Positions 44,573 through 53,255 of a DNA stretch of 64,000 bases are shown piece after piece. This DNA is from Clostridia bacterium. GTDB lineage: Bacteria; Bacillota; Clostridia; Oscillospirales; CAG-272. The notes beneath the pieces are model-generated. The model saw only the letters and a list, made by a program, of their open reading frames with translations. It searched no databases and was not told where the DNA came from. The stretch is taken from assembly GCA_017625935.1 (NCBI GenBank), contig JAGALA010000032.1, forward strand, positions 16,744 to 80,743. The letters run 5' to 3'. Every line of letters starts with the position of its first letter. The stretch's first letter is position 1. Both the position numbers and the translations under genes were made by a program.

Positions 44573-45189
44573 TTGATAGCCTCCATTTCAGCAAATGCGC
44601 GTAAAATATTAAGTCCAACCTCACCGCTTTTTTCGGGGTGGAATTGGCAGCCCATTACGTTATCCTTAGCAACTATGGCTGTAATGTCCTTATCGTACTC
44701 CGCATATGCAACGAGTGAGTCCTCGCAGTCAACGGCGTAGTATGAATGAACGAAATAAACGAAGTCGCCCTCTTTTATGTACTTAAGAAGCGGGTGGCTT
44801 TTTTTGAAAATCAATGCATTGTAGCCGATGTGCGGAATTTGAAGCTTTTCGTCAATTGCGCCCTGCATTGGCACAACGCTACCCTTAAGGAGCGAAAGCC
44901 CCTTATGCTCACCGTACTCATAGCTTTTTTCAAAAAGCATTTGCATGCCGAGGCAGATGCCGAGAATCGGCTTGCCCGCTTTTGCCTCGTCTAAAATAAC
45001 CTTGTCAAGTCCTGTTTCTCTTAATTTTTTTGCGGCATCCTCGAATGCGCCAACGCCGGGAAGTAGGATGCGATCCGCGTTTTTTATAGCCTCGGGGTCG
45101 CTTGTCACCACCGCCTCAGCGCCTATATACTTAAATGATGATACTACGGAAAAAAGGTTTCCTATGCCGTAGTCAATTATTGCTATCAT
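44569..45189 (-). CDS. hisH: imidazole glycerol phosphate synthase, glutaminase subunit
   Basis: 206 aa. GNLFSV, GICLGMQ (catalytic Cys) and QFHPEKS. Confidence 0.9.
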   Translation of the reverse strand: MIAIIDYGIGNLFSVVSSFKYIGAEAVVTSDPEAIKNADRILLPGVGAFEDAAKKLRETGLDKVILDEAKAGKPILGICLGMQMLFEKSYEYGEHKGLSLLKGSVVPMQGAIDEKLQIPHIGYNALIFKKSHPLLKYIKEGDFVYFVHSYYAVDCEDSLVAYAEYDKDITAIVAKDNVMGCQFHPEKSGEVGLNILRAFAEMEAIK

Positions 45190-45776
45190 TAGATTACTCC
45201 TTTTGTGGAGGGAATTTCGTCCTTAAATTTTTCTTCTATAGTGATGGCCTTCTTAAGCGCTCTTGCAAACGCCTTAAATGCGCCCTCGATTATGTGGTGA
45301 GAGTTTGTGCCTGCTAATTGGCGGAGGTGAATTGTAATTCCGCTTTCGCGACTAAGTGCCGCGAAGAACTCATAGCAAAGCTCGGTATCGAAATCACCAA
45401 CCTTATATGCGGGAATATCGAATGCGAGGTACGAGCCGCCTCTGCCTGAAATATCAATTGCACAAAGAATGAGCGCTTCGTCCATTGGAAGTGTAATATC
45501 TCCGTAACGGACAATGCCCTTTTTCTCGCCAAGAGCGTCCTTTATAGCACCGCCTAAGCAAATTGCAACGTCTTCAGCTGTGTGGTGGTAATCAACGAAG
45601 GTGTCACCTATGCAGCTTAATTCAAGGTCAACTCTTGAGTGGCGTGCAAAAAGAGTGAGCATGTGGTCAAGAAAACCGCATCCGCTTGAAATTTTTGAAT
45701 TTCCCTTACCGTCAAGATTAAGGGCGAGCTTTATATCTGTTTCGTTTGTTTTTCTTTCAATTTGCGCTGTCCTCAT
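45189..45776 (-). CDS. hisB: imidazoleglycerol-phosphate dehydratase
   Basis: 195 aa. FLDHML, DYHHTAED and SHHIIE motifs. Confidence 0.9.
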   Translation of the reverse strand: MRTAQIERKTNETDIKLALNLDGKGNSKISSGCGFLDHMLTLFARHSRVDLELSCIGDTFVDYHHTAEDVAICLGGAIKDALGEKKGIVRYGDITLPMDEALILCAIDISGRGGSYLAFDIPAYKVGDFDTELCYEFFAALSRESGITIHLRQLAGTNSHHIIEGAFKAFARALKKAITIEEKFKDEIPSTKGVI

Positions 45777-45778
45777 AA

Positions 45779-46837
45779 TTAAACCTCCAAAATTTCCTTG
45801 GTTTTATTTAAGAATACGTCCATTTGCTCCTTGGTGCCAATTGTGATTCTTGTAAATTCCTTTATTCTCTCCTTGTCAAAGTGGCGCACCAAAACGCCCT
45901 TTTCCTTAAGCTTCAAATAAAAGTCCTTACCGCTGATTTTATCGCTTTTTGCGAAAATGAAGTTTGCGCGCGAGTCAAGCACGAAAAAGCCAAGCTTTTC
46001 AAGCTCCTTTTTGGTGTACTCACGGTTTTCGATAATTTTTTTGCAGTTGTCCATATAATATTTATCGTCGTCTATCGCTTTCGCGCCTGCTATTTGGCTT
46101 AAGCGGTTGACGTTATACGGATTTGTTGAATATTTTATAGTGTTTAAGTCGTTGATAATCGCTTCCGAGGCAATACCAAAGCCAATTCTGCCACCTGCCA
46201 TAGAGCGCGATTTTGAAAACGTCATTGTAACAAGCAGATTTTCATATTTATCGACAAGCGATACTGCGCTTTCAGCACCGAAATCAACGTACGCCTCATC
46301 GATAACAACCACGTTATCAGGGTTTGATTTTACGATTCTTTCAATCTCGTCAAGTGATATCGCCTTGCCTGTCGGTGCGTTCGGATTTGCAATAACTACG
46401 GTTGTGTTTTTGCCGATATAATCGTTTATATCAACGGAAAAATCGCTTGTTAGCGGTACCTCTTTATACTTTATTCCGTTAAGCTCGGCAAATACGGTAT
46501 AAAAGCCGTAGGTGATATCGGGGAAAAGCATCTCCTTTTTATCACTGCCGTACGCCATAAACGCAAAGTTTAATACCTCATCACTACCGTTAGTAACCAA
46601 AACCTGTGTCGGCTTAACGCCGTAGCGCTTTGCGATTTTTTCTGTAATTACCGTTGCTTGAGGATCGGAGTAAAGATGGAGCTTTTCCGCCTCGCGCTTT
46701 ACCGCTTCGTAAACGCCATTTGATGGCGGAAACGGTGATTCATTTGTATTTAGCTTTACATATTCCATATTTTTCGGTTGCTCGCCCGGGGTGTATGGAA
46801 CAAGATTTGAATATTTGGGGCTGAAAAACCTGCTCAT
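45779..46837 (-). CDS. hisC: histidinol-phosphate aminotransferase
   Basis: 352 aa, class II aminotransferase, with TFSKSRSMAGGRIG (PLP Lys). Confidence 0.9.
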   Translation of the reverse strand: MSRFFSPKYSNLVPYTPGEQPKNMEYVKLNTNESPFPPSNGVYEAVKREAEKLHLYSDPQATVITEKIAKRYGVKPTQVLVTNGSDEVLNFAFMAYGSDKKEMLFPDITYGFYTVFAELNGIKYKEVPLTSDFSVDINDYIGKNTTVVIANPNAPTGKAISLDEIERIVKSNPDNVVVIDEAYVDFGAESAVSLVDKYENLLVTMTFSKSRSMAGGRIGFGIASEAIINDLNTIKYSTNPYNVNRLSQIAGAKAIDDDKYYMDNCKKIIENREYTKKELEKLGFFVLDSRANFIFAKSDKISGKDFYLKLKEKGVLVRHFDKERIKEFTRITIGTKEQMDVFLNKTKEILEV

Positions 46838-46869
46838 TTCTTCCTCCTTAAATTATTTTGCGTAGTGCT

Positions 46870-48150
46870 TTATTTATCCTCGAATCGAATTGTTGCGCTC
46901 TTTGCGTGGGCGTGCAAGCCCTCCTTTTCGGCAAATGCGGCAACCTTTTTATATACCGCCTCAAGACCCTCTTTTGTATAGTAGGTGAATTGGGATTTCT
47001 TTTGGAAATCGTCAACTGACAATGGGGACGAGAACTTTGCGCTACCGCTTGTCGGGAGCGTGTGGTTTGGTCCTGCAAAATAGTCACCGAGTGCCTCGGG
47101 GCAATATTTGCCCATAAAGATTGAGCCTGCGTGCTTAACCTTATCAAGATAGTCAAATGGGTTTTCAACGAAAAGCTCTAAGTGCTCGGGTGCTATCTCG
47201 TTTGCAATATCGATAGCGAGGGTGAGATTATCCTCTGCCACGATAATTTTGCCGTTATTATCAATTGAGGCTCTTGCAATTTCAGCCCTTGGAAGAAGCG
47301 GAATTTGCGCCTCAAGCTCGTCACTTACTGCCTTTGCAAGATCGTATGAGTCTGTTACTAAAACGGCGCTTGCCATTTTGTCGTGCTCGGCTTGGGAAAG
47401 AAGGTCTGCGGCAACGTAGCGCGGATTTGCTGTTTTGTCAGCAACAACCAAAATTTCGCTCGGGCCTGCTATCATATCTATTGAAACCTTGCCGAAAACC
47501 TGCTTTTTTGCCTCGGCAACGAATGCATTTCCCGGTCCTACAATCTTATCAACCGCAGGGATTGACTCCGTGCCGTATGCAAGTGCGGCAACTGCCTGTG
47601 CGCCGCCAACCTTAAATATTCTGTCAACGCCTGCAATTTTCGCCGCCGCCAAAATAGCGGGATTCACCTTGCCGTCTCTCGACGGAGGGGTTACCATAAC
47701 TATCTCACTACAGCCTGCGATTTTTGCGGGAATACTGTCCATTAAAACGGTTGAGGGATATGCGGCGGTGCCGCCCGGAACGTAAAGACCTACCTTTTCA
47801 ATAGGTGTGATTTTTTGTCCCTTAACCACGCCGTTTTCCTCTCTCATTTCAAAGCCGCTTCTTAACTGCTTTTTGTGGAAGGCGGTGATGTTTTCCTTTG
47901 CTTCCTTTACTATTTCGATAAACTCAGGCTCAACGGAGGCAAATGCCTCGTCAATTTCCTCGTTTGAAACCTCAAGGGTGGAAAGAGTCGCCTTGTCGAA
48001 TTTCTCGCAGTACTCAAAAAGTGCCTTATCACCGTTTTTTCTTACGTTATATATAATGTCACAGACGATATTTTCAACGCCGCTATCAATGTTGTCGCGC
48101 GCGAAGATTTCGCTGTTTGGAACCTCGCCGTATTTGTAAATCTTAATCAT
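46870..48150 (-). CDS. hisD: histidinol dehydrogenase
   Basis: 426 aa. Motifs GPGNAFV, SQAEHD and PEHLEL. Confidence 0.9.
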   Translation of the reverse strand: MIKIYKYGEVPNSEIFARDNIDSGVENIVCDIIYNVRKNGDKALFEYCEKFDKATLSTLEVSNEEIDEAFASVEPEFIEIVKEAKENITAFHKKQLRSGFEMREENGVVKGQKITPIEKVGLYVPGGTAAYPSTVLMDSIPAKIAGCSEIVMVTPPSRDGKVNPAILAAAKIAGVDRIFKVGGAQAVAALAYGTESIPAVDKIVGPGNAFVAEAKKQVFGKVSIDMIAGPSEILVVADKTANPRYVAADLLSQAEHDKMASAVLVTDSYDLAKAVSDELEAQIPLLPRAEIARASIDNNGKIIVAEDNLTLAIDIANEIAPEHLELFVENPFDYLDKVKHAGSIFMGKYCPEALGDYFAGPNHTLPTSGSAKFSSPLSVDDFQKKSQFTYYTKEGLEAVYKKVAAFAEKEGLHAHAKSATIRFEDK

Positions 48151-48772
48151 TTTCGCTTACCTTTTTACCTAAAAGACGGGAAATATTTTCAATTTCCTCA
48201 GTTTTGAATTTGAAGCTCGCCTTGTTTGAAATAAGACGTGCTGAAATATTTACGATTTCCTCCTTAACCTCAAGGTCGTTTTCCCTTAAGGTTGTGCCTG
48301 TTTCAACGATATCAACTATTACGTCGGAAAGGTTAAGAATGGGGGCAAGCTCAATAGAGCCGTTTAGCTTGATTATATCAATATCGCGGCATTTCTCCTG
48401 ATAATAGGTTTTTGCGATATTAACAAATTTTGTCGCCACCCTTAAGGTTTTTGTATTGTCGTCGTAAAAGTCCTTTTTGCCTGCAACCGCCATACGGCAC
48501 TTACCGATGTCGAGGTCTAAAAGCTCATATACATCGGGCTCGTATTCAAGCAAAATGTCCTTGCCGCAAACGCCAATATCGGCGGCACCGCGCTCAACGT
48601 AAATCGAAACGTCCGAGGGCTTCACCCAAAAGTATCTGACACCCTTTTCCTCGTTTTCAAAGATGAGCTTTCTATTGTTTTCCAAGATGGACGGGCATTC
48701 GTATCCGCACTCTGCGAACATTTTGTAAACCTTTTCGCCAAGACGTCCCTTTGGAAGTGCTACGTTAATCAT
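48143..48772 (-). CDS. hisG: ATP phosphoribosyltransferase, short form
   Basis: 209 aa. ALPKGRL and DIVETGTTLREN motifs. It lacks the C-terminal regulatory domain, consistent with the adjacent hisZ. Confidence 0.9.
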   Translation of the reverse strand: MINVALPKGRLGEKVYKMFAECGYECPSILENNRKLIFENEEKGVRYFWVKPSDVSIYVERGAADIGVCGKDILLEYEPDVYELLDLDIGKCRMAVAGKKDFYDDNTKTLRVATKFVNIAKTYYQEKCRDIDIIKLNGSIELAPILNLSDVIVDIVETGTTLRENDLEVKEEIVNISARLISNKASFKFKTEEIENISRLLGKKVSEND

Positions 48773-48783
48773 ATTAAGTCCTC

Positions 48784-49866
48784 TTAAATCTCTATAATTT
48801 CTCTGTATCTGAGCTTCTTTGGTATGCTCCTTTGTGCGCTGACGCTCTTGCCGCTTGCTATTTCCTTTTCGGTTGCTTCCTTCACCGCTTGGGCGCTTGT
48901 AGTATCGCTGTAAATAATAAGCGTGTCAACGTCATAGCCACATTTTGCGGTATTTAGCTGAGAGAGCAAATCGGTGTAGATTGCAAAGCCCATACCGCGA
49001 CAGCTCTTGCCCATTTTTTGAAGGAGCTTGTCATAGCAGCCGCCGTACAAAACGCACTCACAAATACCGTTGATGTAGCCGTTTATAACGAAGCCGTTAT
49101 AGTATTTCATATCGTTGACAATTGAAAAGTCAAGACGGATTTTTGTGCTGTCGCCATCCTTGCACAGAAGCTCACAAATTGTTTTAAGCTCGCAAAGATA
49201 TTTACCAAAGCAAACCTCGCTATCAAGCGCGTCAAGACGTGCAAGGACGTCACTTGGCTTGCCGTAAAGTGTAGCGAGCTGACAAAGGAGCGCTTCGTTT
49301 TGTGCGCTAAGTGCGTATTTTGCACATACCGCCTTAATTTCGTGTGTGCTCTTTTTCTCAATACATTCAAGCGCTTCCTCGTAAAACGCTTTATCGTCAC
49401 TGATTTTGTTAAGAATAGCAAATATAATTCCCATATGGGAAATTTCCAAAACGTAGTCCGATGAGATTGCCTCAAGGGTTTTGCGTGCCAAGGAAACCAC
49501 CTCGTAGGCATCGTAAAGGTCAATATCACCGATACATTCAAGACCCGTTTGCATAATTTCCTTGTATTCTCTTGTGCCGCCCGAAATACGGTATACGTTT
49601 TCGTTGTAGTAAACCTTATTTTTTATGCCGCTCTCGTCACTTGCATTCTTAATAATAGACAATGTAACGTCGGGCTTGAGTGCCAACAGCTTGCCGCTTG
49701 TGTCGGTAAAGGTGATTACACCGTCGCCGATTAAAAAGTCCTTATTCTTGGCATAAAGGTCATACTCCTCGAATTTATTCATTTTATACGGCAGGTATCC
49801 GTATTTTGAATATAACGAACGCAAAGAAAGCGTAATTCTTTCCTCGTCCTTCAAATACTTTTCCAT
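48784..49866 (-). CDS. hisZ: ATP phosphoribosyltransferase regulatory subunit (HisRS paralog)
   Basis: 360 aa with a class II aaRS-like core, sitting immediately upstream of hisG. Confidence 0.85.
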   Translation of the reverse strand: MEKYLKDEERITLSLRSLYSKYGYLPYKMNKFEEYDLYAKNKDFLIGDGVITFTDTSGKLLALKPDVTLSIIKNASDESGIKNKVYYNENVYRISGGTREYKEIMQTGLECIGDIDLYDAYEVVSLARKTLEAISSDYVLEISHMGIIFAILNKISDDKAFYEEALECIEKKSTHEIKAVCAKYALSAQNEALLCQLATLYGKPSDVLARLDALDSEVCFGKYLCELKTICELLCKDGDSTKIRLDFSIVNDMKYYNGFVINGYINGICECVLYGGCYDKLLQKMGKSCRGMGFAIYTDLLSQLNTAKCGYDVDTLIIYSDTTSAQAVKEATEKEIASGKSVSAQRSIPKKLRYREIIEI

Positions 49867-49941
49867 AATTTTCTCCTTTGGTATATCGGCAGTGCATATA
49901 CAACCGATTTTGAAACAGCCAATGATGATGTCAGATACGAA

Positions 49942-50241
49942 TTATTTTTTTGATTCCTTTTTTTCAAGGCGATCAAGAATCATAGAATAACCGCCGTCAC
50001 CGTATTCAAGGCAACGGTTAACACGGCTAATCGTTGCTGTGCTCATTCCCGTATCCTTTGTAATCTCCGCATAGTTCACGCCTTGGCGAAGCATTTTTGC
50101 CGCCTTTAATCTTTGGGCGATTTCCAAAACCTCTTTAATTGTGCAGGCGTCACCGAAAAACCTATAACATTCTTCCTTTGTTTTAAGTGAAAGTATTGCG
50201 TCGAATAATTCCTCTACCTCTTTAGTATGTAGCTTGCTCAT
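49942..50241 (-). CDS. yerC: TrpR-like YerC/YecD-family DNA-binding protein (candidate histidine-operon repressor)
   Basis: 99 aa. TIKEVLEIAQRLKAAKML...YAEITKDTGMSTATISRVNRCLEYG is the YerC/YecD signature. It lies 75 nt upstream of hisZ with no terminator in between. Confidence 0.8.
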   Translation of the reverse strand: MSKLHTKEVEELFDAILSLKTKEECYRFFGDACTIKEVLEIAQRLKAAKMLRQGVNYAEITKDTGMSTATISRVNRCLEYGDGGYSMILDRLEKKESKK

Positions 50242-50284
50242 TTCATTTCCTCGCTTTACAACATTATTATTTTATAACTTTAAC

Positions 50285-50331
50285 GCTTTAGTGTACTAAA
50301 TCATTATAATACTTTAGTGCGCTAAAGTCAA
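50285..50331 (-). promoter_or_regulatory. consensus sigma-A promoter of yerC-his with two palindromic operators
   Basis: On the minus strand: TTGACT (50331-50326), a 17-nt spacer, then TATAAT (50308-50303). Operator ACTTTAG-TGCG-CTAAAGT (50311-50328) overlaps the -35 and spacer. Operator CTTTAG-TGTA-CTAAA (50286-50300) covers the expected +1. Confidence 0.7.
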
Positions 50332-50449
50332 GCATTATTTTATAATAATATATATAAATTGAAAATTTTGTTAATTTGGTCAAAAAAGAGCCGCGAAAGG
50401 CTGGTTCTCATAAGGAAGTTACTCATAAGGCATAAATTTGCATTGCAGT

Positions 50450-50492
50450 AAAGAAAGATAAACACCGACAGATTTTGAAGTCTGTCGGTGTT
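50450..50492 (-). terminator. terminator after the 224-aa orphan gene
   Basis: Perfect 12-bp stem AACACCGACAGA (50461-50472) / TCTGTCGGTGTT (50481-50492), then a T-rich tail on the minus strand. Confidence 0.7.
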
Positions 50493-50498
50493 TAGTGT

Positions 50499-51173
50499 TT
50501 ATATTATTATGTTTTTTATAAAATCTTCGGCTTCCCGAGTGGTCTTGAACGATTCTTTATAATTATGTCTATCAAGGATATTATATAGTTTTCCTAAATA
50601 ATTAGGTTTACTTATTTCCCTTGCTTTATAAAGAGCCTCTTTAGCCTCAACCATGTCACCGTGGTGCAAAGCAATCACAAGAGTTGCGATAGCTAATCTA
50701 AATTCATTCTCTATAAATGATTTAGAAAAATCGTCCGTTGTTACATAACACGAGTAATAATTCTCTAATTCCTGCGAATAGCAGAAAGAATCTATATGTA
50801 ATTTCATCCACATAAGATCCTTTGAAATTTCTTTAACATATTCGGGATGGTCAGTTCCAAGTGATTCTTTGGCCATTTGATATGATGCAAACGCGTTCTT
50901 AAAATCGCTTGTTTTTTCATATATATGCCCGATATAAAGATATGATGTGTATGTAGAAAACCAATCATCTTCAAAGTTTTCAAGACCGTATTTAATTAGT
51001 TTAATCGCTTGATCTGCATACTCAGGCAGGAATTGAATGGCAGTTGTGTAGCAATGTTGTCGCTTCAAAAAATTCCCACGCACTCTTTTTAATATTTTTT
51101 GGTATTCAGCAAAATCTTCATCCGTCATACCTTGCTTGATGATTTTTTGCTCCAGCTCGTCTATTTTACTCAT
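50499..51173 (-). CDS. hypothetical protein, all-helical, possibly TPR-like, in a low-GC islet
   Basis: 224 aa with no signal peptide. Helical-repeat-like segments such as YLYIGHIYEKTSDFKNAFASYQMAKESL and ALHHGDMVEAKEALYKAREI. Sampled 60-nt lines give 27-37% GC against ~43% in the neighbouring genes. Confidence 0.5.
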   Translation of the reverse strand: MSKIDELEQKIIKQGMTDEDFAEYQKILKRVRGNFLKRQHCYTTAIQFLPEYADQAIKLIKYGLENFEDDWFSTYTSYLYIGHIYEKTSDFKNAFASYQMAKESLGTDHPEYVKEISKDLMWMKLHIDSFCYSQELENYYSCYVTTDDFSKSFIENEFRLAIATLVIALHHGDMVEAKEALYKAREISKPNYLGKLYNILDRHNYKESFKTTREAEDFIKNIII

Positions 51174-51263
51174 ATTATGCTCCTTGGAATTTATCGTTCT
51201 GTTTTATCGCCATTTTCGCATTTGTATTACAAAGCCCATACCCCTCAGGCTGCACTATCCAAA

Positions 51264-51309
51264 GGCTCCCTCAGGGAGGGAGCTCCCGACTGAGTCGGGT
51301 GAGGGAGAG
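51264..51309. repeat. REP-like tandem-hairpin element, family C, copy 1
   Basis: CTCCCTC-AGG-GAGGGAG (51266-51282), followed by CCCGAC-TGA-GTCGGG (51285-51299). Confidence 0.6.
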
Positions 51310-51355
51310 CGCGTTACAATGAAGTTAGCACAAACTTAAAGTCACGCAGGCTCCT

Positions 51356-51401
51356 TCCGTCACGCTAACGCATGCCACCTTCCTCTCGGAGGGAGGCTTT
51401 T
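51356..51401 (+). repeat. REP-like element, family B, copy 2
   Basis: TCCGTCACGCTAACGCATGCCACCTTCCTCTCGGAGGGAGGCTTTT aligns with 27682-27732. Confidence 0.6.
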
Positions 51402-51424
51402 CGATAGCCTCATAATAACACAAA

Positions 51425-51452
51425 TCGGCAGAGGAAAAACATCTCTGCCGAA
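51425..51452 (-). terminator. possible terminator after ridA
   Basis: TCGGCAGAG / CTCTGCCGA 9-bp stem, followed on the minus strand by TTTGTGTT. The T-tract is weak. Confidence 0.4.
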
Positions 51453-51523
51453 ATTTGTAAACACCCTTATAAGAAGGAGCGCAATGCGACTCTTTTGATT
51501 GTTATTCTTGCGTTTTGGTAGGT

Positions 51524-51901
51524 TTAGCTGATTTTTGCGATAAGCTCAACCTCGCAAAGCGCGCCCTTGGGTAAATCCTTAACGGCAACGCAGCTTCTTG
51601 CGGGCTTGGATGTGAAATACTTTGCGTAAACCTCGTTAAAAGCGGCGAAGTCTGCTATTTCGTGAAGGAAGCAGGTTGTCTTAATTACGCTCTCAAAGCT
51701 TGCGCCCGCTGATTCTAAAACCGCACCGAGGTTTTTCATCACCTGCTCGGTCTGTGCTTTTATGTCAGTTGCTTCAATTGCGCCCGTTTCGGGATTTATC
51801 GGAATTTGTCCCGAGGTGAAAAGCATATCTCCGCATATAATTGCCTGTGAATACGGTCCTATTGCGCTTGGCGCTTTTTCTGTTGATACCTTTTTTAGCA
51901 T
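51524..51901 (-). CDS. ridA: RidA-family reactive-intermediate deaminase
   Basis: Start at MLKKVSTEKAPSAIGPYSQA (RBS AGGAGA). C-terminal motif RSCVAVKDLPKGALCEVE. Confidence 0.85.
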   Translation of the reverse strand: MLKKVSTEKAPSAIGPYSQAIICGDMLFTSGQIPINPETGAIEATDIKAQTEQVMKNLGAVLESAGASFESVIKTTCFLHEIADFAAFNEVYAKYFTSKPARSCVAVKDLPKGALCEVELIAKIS

Positions 51902-51992
51902 TTTGTTCTCCTTTATGTGGCGGACAGCCGAAAACGCCTGCCCCTGCAATGATATATTTTGTGTTTTTCAGACACGTGGTGGGGGATTTTCG

Positions 51993-53186
51993 TTATAAAA
52001 GCTTAAATCCGAAGTCGGTAAGACCCTTTTTAATTTCGGTTATATGGTCATAGTTTCTTGTTTCAAGCATAATTCTAAGGTAGCATCCTGTGACGTCAGA
52101 GCCCTCATTTGCTCTTTCGTGGTGAACGGAAATTACGTTACCGCCAAGATCTGCGATTATGCGAGATACGTTCTTTAGCTGACCGGGCTTGTCCGCAAGC
52201 TCGATCATAAGCTGACAGGTTCTGCCGGACATAAGTAAACCGCGCTTGATTACACGTGAAAGAATTGTAACGTCTATATTACCGCCCGAGAGAAGACAAA
52301 CGGTCTTTTTGTTATCGATATCAAGCTTGCCGAACATAGCGGCAGCAACCGCGGCAGCACCTGCACCCTCGGTAACAAGCTTATGCTTTTCCATAAGGGC
52401 AAGGATTGCGGCAGATATTTCGTCATCCGTTACTGTTACTATCTCGTCAACGTATTTTGAGCAGATTTCGTACGTAAGGTCGCCCGGCTTTTTAACCGCA
52501 ATACCGTCGGCAATTGTTGAAACGGCGCTTAATTCCTCAATTTTTCCGTCCTTAACGGATTTATACATTGACGGTGCGCCCGCGGCTTGAACGCCGTAAA
52601 CCTTAACCTGCGGCTTGAGTGTCTTTATTGTATAGGCAATACCCGAGATAAGTCCTCCGCCGCCAATCGGCACGATAACCGCATCCATATCGGGTAACTG
52701 CTCGATAAGCTCAAGTGCGATAGTTCCCTGTCCTGCGATAACGTCCTCGTCGTTAAATGGGTGTATAAAGGTATAGCCCTCGGTGTCGCGAAGCTCAAGT
52801 GCTTTTTTATAGGCATCGTCATAAACGCCTTCAACTAAGCAAACCTCGGCGCCGTAGCTCTTTGTTGCTTCAATTTTGGAAATCGGCGCTCCGTCGGGTA
52901 AGCAAATAACAGATTTTATGCCGTTCTTTTGTGCGGCGAGTGCAACACCCTGCGCGTGGTTTCCTGCCGAGCAAGCAACAACGCCCTTTGCTTTTTCCGC
53001 TTCGCTGAGATTTGACATTTTATAATATGCGCCTCTTACCTTAAACGAGCCTGTGATTTGCAAATTCTCGGTTTTTAGGTACAGCTCCGTGCAGCTTGAA
53101 AGCTTTGGCGCGCGGATGATATCGGTTTTGCGAATTACGCTTTTAAGTGCGTAATTGGCGCGATATACGTTATCAATTGTTAACAT
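51993..53186 (-). CDS. ilvA: threonine ammonia-lyase (short form with an ACT-like C-terminal domain)
   Basis: 397 aa with PLP motifs TGSFKVRGA and GGGGLISG. Confidence 0.85.
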   Translation of the reverse strand: MLTIDNVYRANYALKSVIRKTDIIRAPKLSSCTELYLKTENLQITGSFKVRGAYYKMSNLSEAEKAKGVVACSAGNHAQGVALAAQKNGIKSVICLPDGAPISKIEATKSYGAEVCLVEGVYDDAYKKALELRDTEGYTFIHPFNDEDVIAGQGTIALELIEQLPDMDAVIVPIGGGGLISGIAYTIKTLKPQVKVYGVQAAGAPSMYKSVKDGKIEELSAVSTIADGIAVKKPGDLTYEICSKYVDEIVTVTDDEISAAILALMEKHKLVTEGAGAAAVAAAMFGKLDIDNKKTVCLLSGGNIDVTILSRVIKRGLLMSGRTCQLMIELADKPGQLKNVSRIIADLGGNVISVHHERANEGSDVTGCYLRIMLETRNYDHITEIKKGLTDFGFKLL

Positions 53187-53255
53187 ATTTCCTCTTTTCT
53201 CGACACAGGGTCGCCCCTTTTTGTCAAATTTGGATTAAAAATCAACATTTTAGGT

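Noticed and set aside
46848-47168. A 106-aa minus-strand ORF, and several plus-strand ORFs (47222-48139), overlapping hisD.
   Set aside because: They are out of frame with, or antisense to, a clearly conserved hisD. They show biased Arg/Ser/Pro or Ser/Ala composition and have no RBS.
49867-49941. A T-box riboswitch or leader-peptide attenuator in front of hisZ.
   Set aside because: The spacer is only 75 nt. It has no terminator or antiterminator hairpins, no His-codon run and no T-box sequence. Regulation is more plausibly at the operator-flanked promoter upstream of yerC.
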